From the IMG/VR virus record IMGVR_UViG_3300011335_000731, positions 1-64,000 of that record: DNA of 64,000 nt; one strand, 5' to 3'. A program made the translations under genes and the position numbers. The notes under the pieces were generated by a model, which was not told the DNA's origin, made no database searches, and was given only the letters and a program-made list of their open reading frames with translations. Shown piece by piece: positions 37,210 through 47,145 of the stretch (the first letter of the stretch is position 1; each line of letters begins with the position of its first letter). Source of the stretch: a virus (taxonomy: Duplodnaviria; Caudoviricetes).

Positions 37210-37634
37210 GCCGCTGGGCCAACGGCGAGTATGTTATTACCAACCCGGGCAAGTATGTGGGAAAAAACAAACCCAGATATCGATCAGGGTGGGAACACTC
37301 ATTCATGCGCTTTTGCGACAAGAACGATGCAGTGCTGCAATGGGCATCAGAGAGCATAGCAATACCTTATCGTAATCCCATCACCGGCAAGAACTCTATG
37401 TATGTGCCGGATTTCTTTATCACATATCGCACCAAGGGCAATGTGCAGCGTGCCGAAATGATTGAGATCAAACCCAAAAAACAAAGCGTGATTGAAAGCA
37501 AGATGAACAGCAAAGACCGTGCTGTGGTTGCCATCAACTATGCCAAATGGGCGGCAGCACAGGCCTGGTGCAAGCGAGCAGGCATACACTTTCGGGTTCT
37601 AACAGAGGATGACATGTTCCATAAGCCGGGTTGA
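37206..37634 (+). CDS. gp4: Head completion nuclease (T4 gp4-like, TnsA-type PD-(D/E)xK)
   Basis: YRSGWE, WASESIAIPY, YVPDF, IEIKP, KWAAAQAWC motifs. Confidence 0.9.
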   Translation: MSRWANGEYVITNPGKYVGKNKPRYRSGWEHSFMRFCDKNDAVLQWASESIAIPYRNPITGKNSMYVPDFFITYRTKGNVQRAEMIEIKPKKQSVIESKMNSKDRAVVAINYAKWAAAQAWCKRAGIHFRVLTEDDMFHKPG

Positions 37635-37643
37635 CGGATCCGG

Positions 37644-37649
37644 TAAATA
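37644..37649 (+). promoter_or_regulatory. Late-promoter motif TAAATA
   Basis: TAAATA-TGGT-ATG (37654). Confidence 0.6.
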
Positions 37650-37653
37650 TGGT

Positions 37654-38142
37654 ATGAAGAAATTAGAAGAATTATTCGACTTACCGCCCTCTGGAGATCC
37701 TGAAGAGGATCTCGTCTACACCCCCGAACAAACCCAGTCAGTTATGGCTGAGATTGATGAAACCATCGACAAGATTGATGCTGCCCTTCCGGGTGTGCGC
37801 GACTTGAGTTCATCTGACAGTGAGATGGATGAACTGGCCGATCTAGCCAAGGGCAGTTACAAGGATCTCATGGACTTGGGTATGAATGTAGATTCAAGAT
37901 TTGCTGCTGAGATATTCAGTGTGGCCGGTGCCATGCTAGGGCATGCACTCACAGCCAAGCAAGCCAAGATGAGCAAGAAGTTGAAAATGATCGATTTGCA
38001 GTTAAAAAAAGCAAATCTGGATGCCAAACTCGCAGATTCAGACCGCGACCCTCCACAGCAAGGCCAAGGCCATGTATTGGATCGCAATGAATTGTTGGAT
38101 AGATTGTTAGGCGATAGAAAGACAAATGCCAAAAAAGTATAA
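37654..38142 (+). CDS. gp16: Terminase small subunit (T4 gp16-like)
   Basis: Likely start MKKLEELF; helical core ADLAKGSYKDLMDLG...AAEIFSVAGAML, then VLDRNELL; near gp4 and gp17. Confidence 0.6.
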   Translation: MKKLEELFDLPPSGDPEEDLVYTPEQTQSVMAEIDETIDKIDAALPGVRDLSSSDSEMDELADLAKGSYKDLMDLGMNVDSRFAAEIFSVAGAMLGHALTAKQAKMSKKLKMIDLQLKKANLDAKLADSDRDPPQQGQGHVLDRNELLDRLLGDRKTNAKKV

Positions 38143-38145
38143 ATA
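38138..38145 (+). promoter_or_regulatory. Full T4-type late promoter TATAAATA
   Basis: Exact TATAAATA 17 nt before ATG 38163. Confidence 0.75.
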
Positions 38146-38162
38146 TCACATAGGACTCTGAT

Positions 38163-38771
38163 ATGAAAAAATTTCACCAATATCTTGCAGAAAGCGAACG
38201 CACATACGATTACAGGATCAAGATCCTGGGCGATGTGCCTCCAACCTTTATCAAGGATCTGGAACAAAAACTCGAACAGTTTGACATCGTCAAGATGTCA
38301 GGCAAAAAGACCACACCTGTGCAGCGACTGTTAAAAGACTTCCCCAATGAAGAAAATGACATGGTCACCAGTGTAGATGTGAGTTTCCGTTATCCAGCTA
38401 TCGAACCACAGATACAACAACTGGCTCAACTGTTGGGATTTAACCCAAACAGGATCCGACTGTTGACACAGCCATATTCAGATAGCATTGACAAAGAGAT
38501 CACAGACATCACAGCACAGAACAAGGACTTGATCGCCGATACCGATTATCCTGCACCTGATGCCGAACAACAAGCATTGAAGAAAGATTACTCCGGTAAT
38601 CCTTATCAACATTCAGTATTGCAAAATGCATATCGTTCAGATTTCACAGTAGCCGGTGGCAAAACACCTCCAGCAAAAACCACAAATGACATCAAGCAGG
38701 ACACCAAGAGTCCAATGACCGATGTCAAACGCATGCCAAGGCCTGCTACTTTCGCAACACCAAGAGGATAA
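38163..38771 (+). CDS. Putative head-associated protein (MKKFHQYLAE N-terminus)
   Basis: 202 aa; N-terminus resembles the T4 capsid-targeting sequence; late promoter. Confidence 0.55.
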   Translation: MKKFHQYLAESERTYDYRIKILGDVPPTFIKDLEQKLEQFDIVKMSGKKTTPVQRLLKDFPNEENDMVTSVDVSFRYPAIEPQIQQLAQLLGFNPNRIRLLTQPYSDSIDKEITDITAQNKDLIADTDYPAPDAEQQALKKDYSGNPYQHSVLQNAYRSDFTVAGGKTPPAKTTNDIKQDTKSPMTDVKRMPRPATFATPRG

Positions 38772-38774
38772 ACC

Positions 38775-41570
38775 ATGAGCGATTATTTTTTCTACGATCT
38801 AAACAAGAAGATGGCCGACTTGGCTAACAAGCAGCAACTGGCTGAAGATGCTCAAGCCGCTCCAGCCAAACCTAACAAGCTAATGGAAGCAGCCGCTGAC
38901 TATTCAGCCAAGAAAGCCGCAGCCGGCAAAGATATCGGCAAGCCAGGCAAGAACTTCAGCAAGATCGCTGCTGGTGCTGCCAAGCGTTATGGCAGTGCGG
39001 AAGCAGGCAAGCGTGTGGCAGGTGCTGTGTTGAACAAACTGCGTCACACAGAAGAAAGCATTGATCAAGCTCAACTCAAGCCGTGGAAAGCCACAATGAA
39101 GGAAGGTGGCAAGCCAGACTTCTTGGATCTTGACAAAGATGGCAATCGCAAAGAGCCAATGAAGTCTGCTGCTCGTAGTGCCAAGAAAGATGTAGAAGAA
39201 GGCGTCATGGACACCTTGAAAAAAGGATACAATAAAGTCACAAACACATTAGGTGACATTGGTATAATTCCAGATGAGTTATTATCATCTCCTCGCAGAG
39301 ATAAGAACGGTAACTGGAATAAAAGAACCAACCCAGCCAGAAATAATTTCATTGATTGGATTGAGGAAAATCCTGGGTTGGAATCGCACATGGCAGAACT
39401 ACTAGCAAATTTTGATAAGTGGGTTGATGATGGTAACTCAGATCGAGCTGCTGGTAAAAACGCAGTTGAAATGTGGAAACACAGAATGAAGAGAGAAAAA
39501 CAAAGTGTGTCAGAGCCTATGAGAAGGCATTCAATGACCGAAGTTGATGCCACTCCGCAAGATGTAGGATCATATGAAGACGAAGTGAAAGCAGTAAATG
39601 CTCCTCAGCGTAAAGCCAGTGCGCCTAAGCCACCGATTGCACCGCCAAAGAAAACCGTGCCACCAAAAAAACCGGCAATGTATCCTCCACAGGCCATTGA
39701 TGAACCTGTGAAAGAAGGTGGTGCAGCGCCGGGCGGCCCAGGTGATTATAATTACATAAAAGATAATTATCAAAATGTTACTTTAAATGGTCGAATCATC
39801 GGAACAACTGCCGATGGCGGCAAAACATTTATTAGCAGTAGACCCGCTGAGTTTAAAAGTGGTGCTATGCCGCAAGGAGCCACGGTAGATTCAAACAAAC
39901 AAAAAATCGAACCTATGAGAGATTACGGGGTAGATGAAGGCGGTGTGCCAATGAGTCCCAAGCAAAAGAAATTTGCTGCGTTGGCAAAACCTTTTGACAA
40001 GATCACTTTCGCTGACAAGATTGTTGGTGCCAAGAAAGAAGTTGATGAAATGCTAGGGGATGTGGCAGCCAATGCTATGAAGAAAGCCGTGCGTGGTCGT
40101 AATCGTGACATGGAAGAAAGTTGGATCGATGATGAGCCAACTCGACGCAGAAGCAGCAGTGGCGGTGAGATCGATACCAGCGAACCTGGTGTAACTCGTC
40201 ATCGTGCAATCAAAGGCAACTATAGCGGCGCTAGCCACGATGCCAGTGCTGATGATGAACCAAGTGGTGCATTAGGCCGTCGCAAAGTTGGTGCCGGAAT
40301 GGGCAAAAAGATTGGTGCCAAAATCAATCGTGGCACAAGCAAACTGATGACCCGAGAAGGCGACATGCCCGAAGACATGATCGAGCCACAAGATCAAGGT
40401 GAATACGATCAAGAAGGTCAAATGGCCAAGGACGATATCAAGACCGTTGTGCGCCATGCACAAGCCTTGGAAAAGATCCTGGGTGACAACGACAACTTGC
40501 CAGAATGGGTGCAAGCCAAGTTGGCCAAGATTGAAGGCATGATGACTGCTGTGGATGACTACATGCAGAATCAGCAAGACGACGAAATGGAAGTCGACGA
40601 AGAGTCTACTAACAAGCGTGACAGTCGTGCTGAACGAGCCGGGCGTAAAGTGGCCAAGGACATCGAATACGACGAGAAGAAAAAAGACGGCATCCACGGC
40701 AAAAAGCGTGGCAGCGAAGATGACAAGGCTGAACGAGCCGGTAAGCGAGTTACCAAAGACATCGAATACGACGAGAAGAAAAAAGACAAGAAGAAAAAAG
40801 AAGTAGATGAAACCACAACTTCCGGGTCAGTGGCCACTGGTGCTGCACCCAAGTCCAGCGCCGGAACAACATTTGGCAAAGGCATCTACGACAGTCTAAA
40901 TCGTCAATTAGAAAACATGATCTCTGAGTCAATGAACATCAACATGAGTATGAACAATGACGAGCATGGCGGTCCACGCCAGAGCCTAACTGTCACCGCC
41001 ACAGATGATGATGCAGTGATGTTGGCTGGCTTGTTGAAGATGGCTGGCATGGGTCACGGTGATGAGCATATCCATGCCATGACCGGTGATGATTCAGACA
41101 TGGATGCTTTGCACAACATTGATCACATGCACGGCGACGAGCCATGCGAAGAATGTGGCCAGTCCGATTGCGAATGCGATGACATGATGGAGAATATTGC
41201 AACCAATCCCGATGGAACTCCCTATGTAACCGACATTGATCCTGATCAACATGATGCTGAAACAGCACGACTTGGGCGAGCAGGAAATCCTCCATCTTTT
41301 AGAACACCCGGTACAGCACATTCTGATCAAGGTAGGTATAACGAAATGGATGAAGCCTACGGTGATACCGATGCGTCAGAAAATGAACCAGATTGGCCCA
41401 CAGACGAAGAAGGTACAGACGATGCCATGATGTACAGCGGTGGATTGAATGGTCCTAAGTCAACTGGCCAGACCACAATTCCTGTGATCGCTGGACAAGA
41501 TGATCGTATGGGTTACAACGGTCTTGATGAAGAACTGGGCCGTATGCTGAAGATAGCCGGACTTAGGTAA
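38775..41570 (+). CDS. Large, low-complexity putative internal head/prohead core polyprotein
   Basis: 931 aa, charged, more than 15 hydrophobic-X-E motifs; modules DFLDLDKDGN, LPEWVQAKLAK; 60-nt duplication at 40629-40688 / 40728-40787. Confidence 0.6.
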   Translation: MSDYFFYDLNKKMADLANKQQLAEDAQAAPAKPNKLMEAAADYSAKKAAAGKDIGKPGKNFSKIAAGAAKRYGSAEAGKRVAGAVLNKLRHTEESIDQAQLKPWKATMKEGGKPDFLDLDKDGNRKEPMKSAARSAKKDVEEGVMDTLKKGYNKVTNTLGDIGIIPDELLSSPRRDKNGNWNKRTNPARNNFIDWIEENPGLESHMAELLANFDKWVDDGNSDRAAGKNAVEMWKHRMKREKQSVSEPMRRHSMTEVDATPQDVGSYEDEVKAVNAPQRKASAPKPPIAPPKKTVPPKKPAMYPPQAIDEPVKEGGAAPGGPGDYNYIKDNYQNVTLNGRIIGTTADGGKTFISSRPAEFKSGAMPQGATVDSNKQKIEPMRDYGVDEGGVPMSPKQKKFAALAKPFDKITFADKIVGAKKEVDEMLGDVAANAMKKAVRGRNRDMEESWIDDEPTRRRSSSGGEIDTSEPGVTRHRAIKGNYSGASHDASADDEPSGALGRRKVGAGMGKKIGAKINRGTSKLMTREGDMPEDMIEPQDQGEYDQEGQMAKDDIKTVVRHAQALEKILGDNDNLPEWVQAKLAKIEGMMTAVDDYMQNQQDDEMEVDEESTNKRDSRAERAGRKVAKDIEYDEKKKDGIHGKKRGSEDDKAERAGKRVTKDIEYDEKKKDKKKKEVDETTTSGSVATGAAPKSSAGTTFGKGIYDSLNRQLENMISESMNINMSMNNDEHGGPRQSLTVTATDDDAVMLAGLLKMAGMGHGDEHIHAMTGDDSDMDALHNIDHMHGDEPCEECGQSDCECDDMMENIATNPDGTPYVTDIDPDQHDAETARLGRAGNPPSFRTPGTAHSDQGRYNEMDEAYGDTDASENEPDWPTDEEGTDDAMMYSGGLNGPKSTGQTTIPVIAGQDDRMGYNGLDEELGRMLKIAGLR

Positions 41571-41574
41571 TAAC

Positions 41575-41754
41575 ATGACACAGCAATTTCAGACCTACGC
41601 AGAGACCATGGCAAGGTTGTCGGAAAGACATCCACCCGCACCTACCCCACAGGAGGTGCGTAATCAACCTGCCATGATTCCCGGCGTGCTGAGTCAGACC
41701 ACAAATCTGTTTCGCCCAGTGAATGTGGCAGATCTAAATAAGGATAACAAATAA
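41575..41754 (+). CDS. Small 59-aa ORF missed by the ORF track
   Basis: MTQQFQTYAETMARL...DLNKDNK*; fills the gap exactly, and its TAA overlaps the next ATG (TAATG). Confidence 0.55.
   Translation: MTQQFQTYAETMARLSERHPPAPTPQEVRNQPAMIPGVLSQTTNLFRPVNVADLNKDNK
41735..41740 (+). promoter_or_regulatory. Late-promoter motif TAAATA
   Basis: TAAATA-AGGA, 13 nt before ATG 41754. Confidence 0.5.
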
Positions 41755-42077
41755 TGGCTATTCAAGTTGTAAACGCTGTAAGCAATACAGCCTGGACCAC
41801 AGACAAAGTGGAAATTGCTACCACTACTGCTAATGTGACTTTCCAAGTTTCAGTGGTGCAGTTGACCTATGTGCAGGCCAATGGCGTTCCTGCAAATGCC
41901 ACTATGACCACACCTACTGGTAACTTGTATGCTAACGCTATTGTGGTGCCTGGTAATACTGTACAACAATACTATGTTGGTGCAGGCAATTACTTAAACA
42001 TCATCACAGGTACAGGATTCAGTGCCACAGCATTGGGTACAGCCTCATCTGCCACAGCAGGCTCAAACGGCATCTAA
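41754..42077 (+). CDS. Small beta-rich hypothetical virion protein
   Basis: 107 aa, A/T/V/N-rich, late-gene context. Confidence 0.65.
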   Translation: MAIQVVNAVSNTAWTTDKVEIATTTANVTFQVSVVQLTYVQANGVPANATMTTPTGNLYANAIVVPGNTVQQYYVGAGNYLNIITGTGFSATALGTASSATAGSNGI

Positions 42078-42078
42078 T

Positions 42079-42453
42079 ATGCGAGCCAGTGAGTTTATCG
42101 CTGAAACTAGAACAATAGGTAAGCGGTCATTGAGACAGAGCATATCTTCCAGAGGCGCGGCCAAGTTCCGAGATCCAGGCGGCTACGACAGAACATATGA
42201 ACTCAATCGTATCATGATGGCCACTGCATGTGCAGACGGAACCACTCCACTTGAGATTGATGCTGAAAGTTGGGCAGGCAGATACAATACTGCTCACCCA
42301 TACACTGATATCGAAAGCAAAATGCTACAGCAAGCATTCAAAGCCGTTGGCAGTGATTATGTTGATTTGAACAACGGTGATAATAGAAGTCAAGAATTAC
42401 CCGGAACCGACATCGTCAGTCCTATAAAGGCATTCCGAGGTTATGCAAGATGA
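42079..42453 (+). CDS. Putative internal head protein, MRASEF paralog 1
   Basis: Likely start MRASEFIAE at 42079; C-terminus SPIKAFRGYAR. Confidence 0.65.
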   Translation: MRASEFIAETRTIGKRSLRQSISSRGAAKFRDPGGYDRTYELNRIMMATACADGTTPLEIDAESWAGRYNTAHPYTDIESKMLQQAFKAVGSDYVDLNNGDNRSQELPGTDIVSPIKAFRGYAR

Positions 42454-42854
42454 GAGCCAGTGAATTCATCACCGAAGGCCAAGCAGCAGGTCGCACCGGC
42501 ACAATCACTCGTGATGTAGGACTTGCTCTGCCCGGTGCTTTCAAAATACCCAAATTACAAAACAACGATCCGTATATGCAATACAGATTTGGTGTGGCCA
42601 TTGCCGGAGCCAAAGGTGCTGCACAGCGTGCCAAGGACGATGTTCCGCCATTTGATGGTCCTAGCAGTGTATTTGGCGAAGACATGGTGATCGTGAGTTA
42701 CGATCCACATGTGAAAGATTACATCGACGATGCCTTGCATGCCATGAACATGCCCTCAAGTGACGCTGTGCAGATCGGCACCATGGCCAGTGAAGAAGCA
42801 CCCGATGTGGACAAGGTCAGTCCTGTGCGTGGGTTCCGAGGCTATCCAAGGTAA
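42450..42854 (+). CDS. Putative internal head protein, MRASEF paralog 2
   Basis: MRASEFITE start; C-terminus SPVRGFRGYPR; ATGA overlap with paralog 1. Confidence 0.65.
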   Translation: MRASEFITEGQAAGRTGTITRDVGLALPGAFKIPKLQNNDPYMQYRFGVAIAGAKGAAQRAKDDVPPFDGPSSVFGEDMVIVSYDPHVKDYIDDALHAMNMPSSDAVQIGTMASEEAPDVDKVSPVRGFRGYPR

Positions 42855-42857
42855 ATA
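42852..42857 (+). promoter_or_regulatory. Late-promoter motif TAAATA
   Basis: GGTAAATA 18 nt before ATG 42876, with AGGA RBS. Confidence 0.55.
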
Positions 42858-42875
42858 CACAACAGGAATACAAAT

Positions 42876-43256
42876 ATGAAAATCGCCGACTTACTCAGAC
42901 ACCTAGCAGATGTTGTGGACCACGGAAGCAACGCCGAAGGTGACGACTATCAACAACCAGTGGAAGTGCAAAGTGACTTCGGCGAACTCGCCCCACAACG
43001 CATGGTTCCACCACTGCAACTCAAACTAGAACTGCTCAAGCGTGCTGTGGATGTGAACAACATCTATTCACCGGATGTGCCCGATCAAGACGGCGGGCTG
43101 CCACCACACAGACTCAGTGTGAGCAGGATGGGCGAAGAACAGCCTGAACACGAAGATGTAGTTCCGGAACCCGAAGATGAAATGACTCAACTGCGTCGCA
43201 GATTGGCTGCTATGTTACAAGTAAATGCCGGTGGTGATGGTCCCTTAGACGACTAA
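42876..43256 (+). CDS. Hypothetical acidic protein
   Basis: 126 aa; MVPPLQLKLELLK motif; late context. Confidence 0.65.
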   Translation: MKIADLLRHLADVVDHGSNAEGDDYQQPVEVQSDFGELAPQRMVPPLQLKLELLKRAVDVNNIYSPDVPDQDGGLPPHRLSVSRMGEEQPEHEDVVPEPEDEMTQLRRRLAAMLQVNAGGDGPLDD

Positions 43257-43265
43257 GGAGCCACA

Positions 43266-46200
43266 ATGAGTGACGGTAACACCAACAATTCAGTATTCAT
43301 ACAAAACCTTTTCACCAGTCGTGACAACTTCACACAGGGAAATGTTCAAGAAGCCACTGCCAATGCTGCTGCCTATGTAGGGCAACAAGGCCGCATCTGG
43401 TGGAATCCAGTTCTCAATGCGTTCTACTACAGTGATGGCAACACACCTGGTGGGCTGCCTATCACCGGCGGCGGGTCAGGCAATGGCGTGCCCGGCGGTG
43501 CAGCCAACACAGTGCAATACAATGCCGGCGGTGGTAACTTTGGTGGCGATCCAAACTTTGTATTCAACCCCGCCACTAGCACACTCACAATAACCAACAT
43601 TGTTGCCAACACTTTAACAGGTGGAGCAGGCGGCACAAACACACAGGTGCAGTTCAACACCAATGGCAACTTCACCGGCAACTCCAACTTCACATACAAT
43701 TCAGCCACAACAACCCTGACCATGACAGGCACAGCACGATTTGGCAATGTGTTAGCACAGGCCAACAATGCAAGCAATCTTGGTTCATCTACCAATAGAT
43801 TTAACGATCTCTGGTTGGGCACAGGCAATATCAACATTCTCGATAACACTCTAAATACTCCGCAGCAGATTTACGCACAAAGTGGAAACCTTGTGATTGA
43901 CGGAGCCAATGGTATTCAGTTTGGACAGTTTGCTATTTTTGGCAATACCATCTCCACAATCAACCCCACTGCCAATATCAACATTGGCCTGGTGGGAAGC
44001 ACCGGCTATGTGGACATCGAACGACCTATAGCAGTGAATTCCACCGGTGGTGGATTACCTGTATTCAGAGTTGAACAGGAGGGAACAGTTTCGATCAACA
44101 GTTATGGCAATATTGCCGCCAACACTGCTGCCCTACTGATCAATGGCACCACTTCAGGCAATGATCAACCTAGAAACTTTGAAGGCACACTGATACAGGC
44201 CACAGCACAAGATAACTCACCGGCACGAATGAGTGCTGATGCATTTGGTGTAGATGGCACAGGACAGAATGCCTATGTGAGTTGGGCAGCCCGTGTAGCA
44301 AGAGGAAATGTAAACGCACCTAGTCAAACACTAGCCAATGATATCATATTCCGCTTTACCGGCCAAGGTTGGTCAAACTCAGGTGCATACATTGGTTCTA
44401 TTGTTCGTTACAATCAAGTGGCTTTGGAAAACTTTGCCACAGGCAAAGCAGGCACTAGACATAACTTTGCTGCCACACCTGTGGGCACTGCCACAATCAA
44501 GAACATTGCCAATATTGACGGCAACGGTATCACTTTCGGCAATGTGGCCACTGGTGGCATAGCCAATGTGGGCATAACATTCCCAGACGGATCATATCAG
44601 AATACAGCATATCTATCTACCAGTGTGGTGCGTAGTCTTACAGCCGGTGCAGGTATCAGTCTTTCTTCGACCACAGGTAATGTCACTATCACCAACACAG
44701 GTGTGTTGGGCATTGTAGGAACAACAAATCAGATCAGTATCACAGGCAATGTGGGCAATGTTGTCACACTAGGCACACCACAAGATCTTGCACCCACATC
44801 AAATGTGCAGTTCCAGAACCTCACAGTAAACAATCTCAGCATCTTAGGCAATGTGTCAAATGTGATTCCATCCAATGTGGCTGGTCCTATAGTTTATGTG
44901 GCCACCACGGCTACCACTTACAACGACATCAACAACAGCGGATTGAGCACTGGTAATGTTTCTAACAACTATTATGCCAGTATCCTGTATCAAACTTCCA
45001 GCAACACCTGGAAGATGGATATTGGTAATTCAGTGGGCATAACAGCCACAGAAATCTTCACAGCAAACATCACAGCCAATAGCACTGGGCATTTTGGAAA
45101 TGCCAGCAATGATTATGATTTCCCAAATGCACTGATACAGGGTGATATTAACATTGATGGATATGGGCAGTTTGTATTAAAAAATCATGCTCAAACCGCC
45201 AATGCCAGTGCAGACATAGTAGCAGTGGCCAACAACGGTGATGACGGTTCTTACTACATCGACATGGGTATCAACTCAAATGTGTATGCCAATGTGGATT
45301 ATCTTGTAACCGGTGCCAATGATGGTTATTTGTATGTGAATGGTGGTAATCTTGTGATTGGCACTCAGACCGCTGGCAAAGTCATAAACTTCTTCACCGG
45401 CGGCACTGATAACACCAACAAGATCCGTGGCACACTCAGTGACACTGGACTCAGCATGGTTGGCAATGTCACTGCCAACAACATGATCTCCATAAATGCT
45501 ACCATTGGTGGCATAGTGTCAGCAGCCGGCAATGTCACAGGCGGCAATCTAATCTCTCTTGGCCAGATCAGTTCTGCCGGCAACATTACCGGATTGAACA
45601 TAAATGCTGATATATTCAGTGCCACTGGCAACATCGTTGGACCCAATGTCAGAGTCACAGGCACACTCAGTGCTCTAGGCAATGTGATTGCTGGTAATCT
45701 TACCACCTCAGGTATAATGAGTAGCACCGGTAATATTATCGCTGCCAACATAGCAGCGGGCAATATCACAAGTGCGATCATATCTGCTACCGGTAACATC
45801 ACTGGCCCAAATATCACTGCTACTATATTGCAAGTAAGTGCATTGTTGAGCGTGACTGGCAATATCAATGCCGGTAATGTGCTGACCGTGGGTATAGTAT
45901 CTGCCACAGGAAATGTCACCAGCAACTATTTCATCGGCAACGGTAGTCAACTCACTGGTATCGCAGTAGCAAAGATTGGCAACGGCACATCGGAAGTGAA
46001 CATTCCGGTAGCCAGCAGCAATGCCAATATCAGCATTGGTGCCACATCCAATGTGGCTGTGTTTGCTACCACAGGTGCGTTTGTTACCGGTGTGGTCAGT
46101 GCCACAGGAAACATCACCGGTGGTAACTTGACCACTGCTGGTCGTATATCAGCCACTGGGAATATTGTAACTGGTGCAAACATAGTCACACCAAACACCA

Positions 46201-47144
46201 TAATCAACTCAAGTATAAGCACTACAGGCAATGTCACTGGCAATTACTTTATCGGTAATGGTGCTGTTCTAACAGGATTGAATGCATATGGTAATGTGTT
46301 TGCCAATGGCACAGCAGTGTTGGCCACCACAGGATCATCAACACTCACATTGACACCGGGCAACAACCAAGTTATCACCGGCAACAACACCAGCAAGGCA
46401 GTGACCATTGCTGTGAACGACAATCCTACCTTTGCTAACTTGAGTGTCACAGGCAATATCACTGTGTTTGGTAACATCTTTGCCAACTCCACAACTTACT
46501 TGGCCAATGTGGGCAATATCTTGTTTGCCAACACCTCGCCGCTGCCCACAGCCGTGCCAGGTATATTGGAATACGATGGTCGTGCCTTGTATTTCACTCC
46601 ACAGGATCAAGAGCGCGGTATCGTGCCAAGCCAAGAATGGTTTGTGCTCCAAGATGATCGTGGATTAACCTATGGTAGTACAGCAGCACAGAGTTTGTTT
46701 GGAGTAGGCGCACATGTGAGTAACAGCACTCGTTATTCATTCCGCATCAAGGCCACTATCAGCCGTGCAGCAGGCACCAACAATACTGCTCTCACACTGG
46801 GTTGGCGAGGAACTGCAACTCTAAACAAGATATCTTTCTCTGTTGACAGTTCTATTGGTGCCACATCCACAGCCAAGGCAGCATACATATATGAGACCAC
46901 TTTGGTGGCAAACTTTACCAATCAACTCACAGTGACCACTACCAGCAACCCTCCTGATAGCACCACTATCCTTATAAATGGTATAATCGATATAGGTGCA
47001 TCTGGTGCAGGATATATTGAGCCATACATCACTTGGACCGGTGCTGCTGCCGCAGGAGCAGTCACAGTAAGTTCACTCAGCAACTTCCAACTCTGGCCGT
47101 TGGGTGTGACCGGTGCCAATACTGTTGTGGGCAACTGGGCATAA
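43266..47144 (+). CDS. Long fibre-like virion protein (1292 aa)
   Basis: GNITG/GNVT beta-repeat arrays, VQYN/VQFN..G.F.G repeats; shares the ANNGDD..YIDMGINSN..GANDGYLY module with the giant fibre. Confidence 0.8.
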   Translation: MSDGNTNNSVFIQNLFTSRDNFTQGNVQEATANAAAYVGQQGRIWWNPVLNAFYYSDGNTPGGLPITGGGSGNGVPGGAANTVQYNAGGGNFGGDPNFVFNPATSTLTITNIVANTLTGGAGGTNTQVQFNTNGNFTGNSNFTYNSATTTLTMTGTARFGNVLAQANNASNLGSSTNRFNDLWLGTGNINILDNTLNTPQQIYAQSGNLVIDGANGIQFGQFAIFGNTISTINPTANINIGLVGSTGYVDIERPIAVNSTGGGLPVFRVEQEGTVSINSYGNIAANTAALLINGTTSGNDQPRNFEGTLIQATAQDNSPARMSADAFGVDGTGQNAYVSWAARVARGNVNAPSQTLANDIIFRFTGQGWSNSGAYIGSIVRYNQVALENFATGKAGTRHNFAATPVGTATIKNIANIDGNGITFGNVATGGIANVGITFPDGSYQNTAYLSTSVVRSLTAGAGISLSSTTGNVTITNTGVLGIVGTTNQISITGNVGNVVTLGTPQDLAPTSNVQFQNLTVNNLSILGNVSNVIPSNVAGPIVYVATTATTYNDINNSGLSTGNVSNNYYASILYQTSSNTWKMDIGNSVGITATEIFTANITANSTGHFGNASNDYDFPNALIQGDINIDGYGQFVLKNHAQTANASADIVAVANNGDDGSYYIDMGINSNVYANVDYLVTGANDGYLYVNGGNLVIGTQTAGKVINFFTGGTDNTNKIRGTLSDTGLSMVGNVTANNMISINATIGGIVSAAGNVTGGNLISLGQISSAGNITGLNINADIFSATGNIVGPNVRVTGTLSALGNVIAGNLTTSGIMSSTGNIIAANIAAGNITSAIISATGNITGPNITATILQVSALLSVTGNINAGNVLTVGIVSATGNVTSNYFIGNGSQLTGIAVAKIGNGTSEVNIPVASSNANISIGATSNVAVFATTGAFVTGVVSATGNITGGNLTTAGRISATGNIVTGANIVTPNTIINSSISTTGNVTGNYFIGNGAVLTGLNAYGNVFANGTAVLATTGSSTLTLTPGNNQVITGNNTSKAVTIAVNDNPTFANLSVTGNITVFGNIFANSTTYLANVGNILFANTSPLPTAVPGILEYDGRALYFTPQDQERGIVPSQEWFVLQDDRGLTYGSTAAQSLFGVGAHVSNSTRYSFRIKATISRAAGTNNTALTLGWRGTATLNKISFSVDSSIGATSTAKAAYIYETTLVANFTNQLTVTTTSNPPDSTTILINGIIDIGASGAGYIEPYITWTGAAAAGAVTVSSLSNFQLWPLGVTGANTVVGNWA

Positions 47145-47145
47145 T

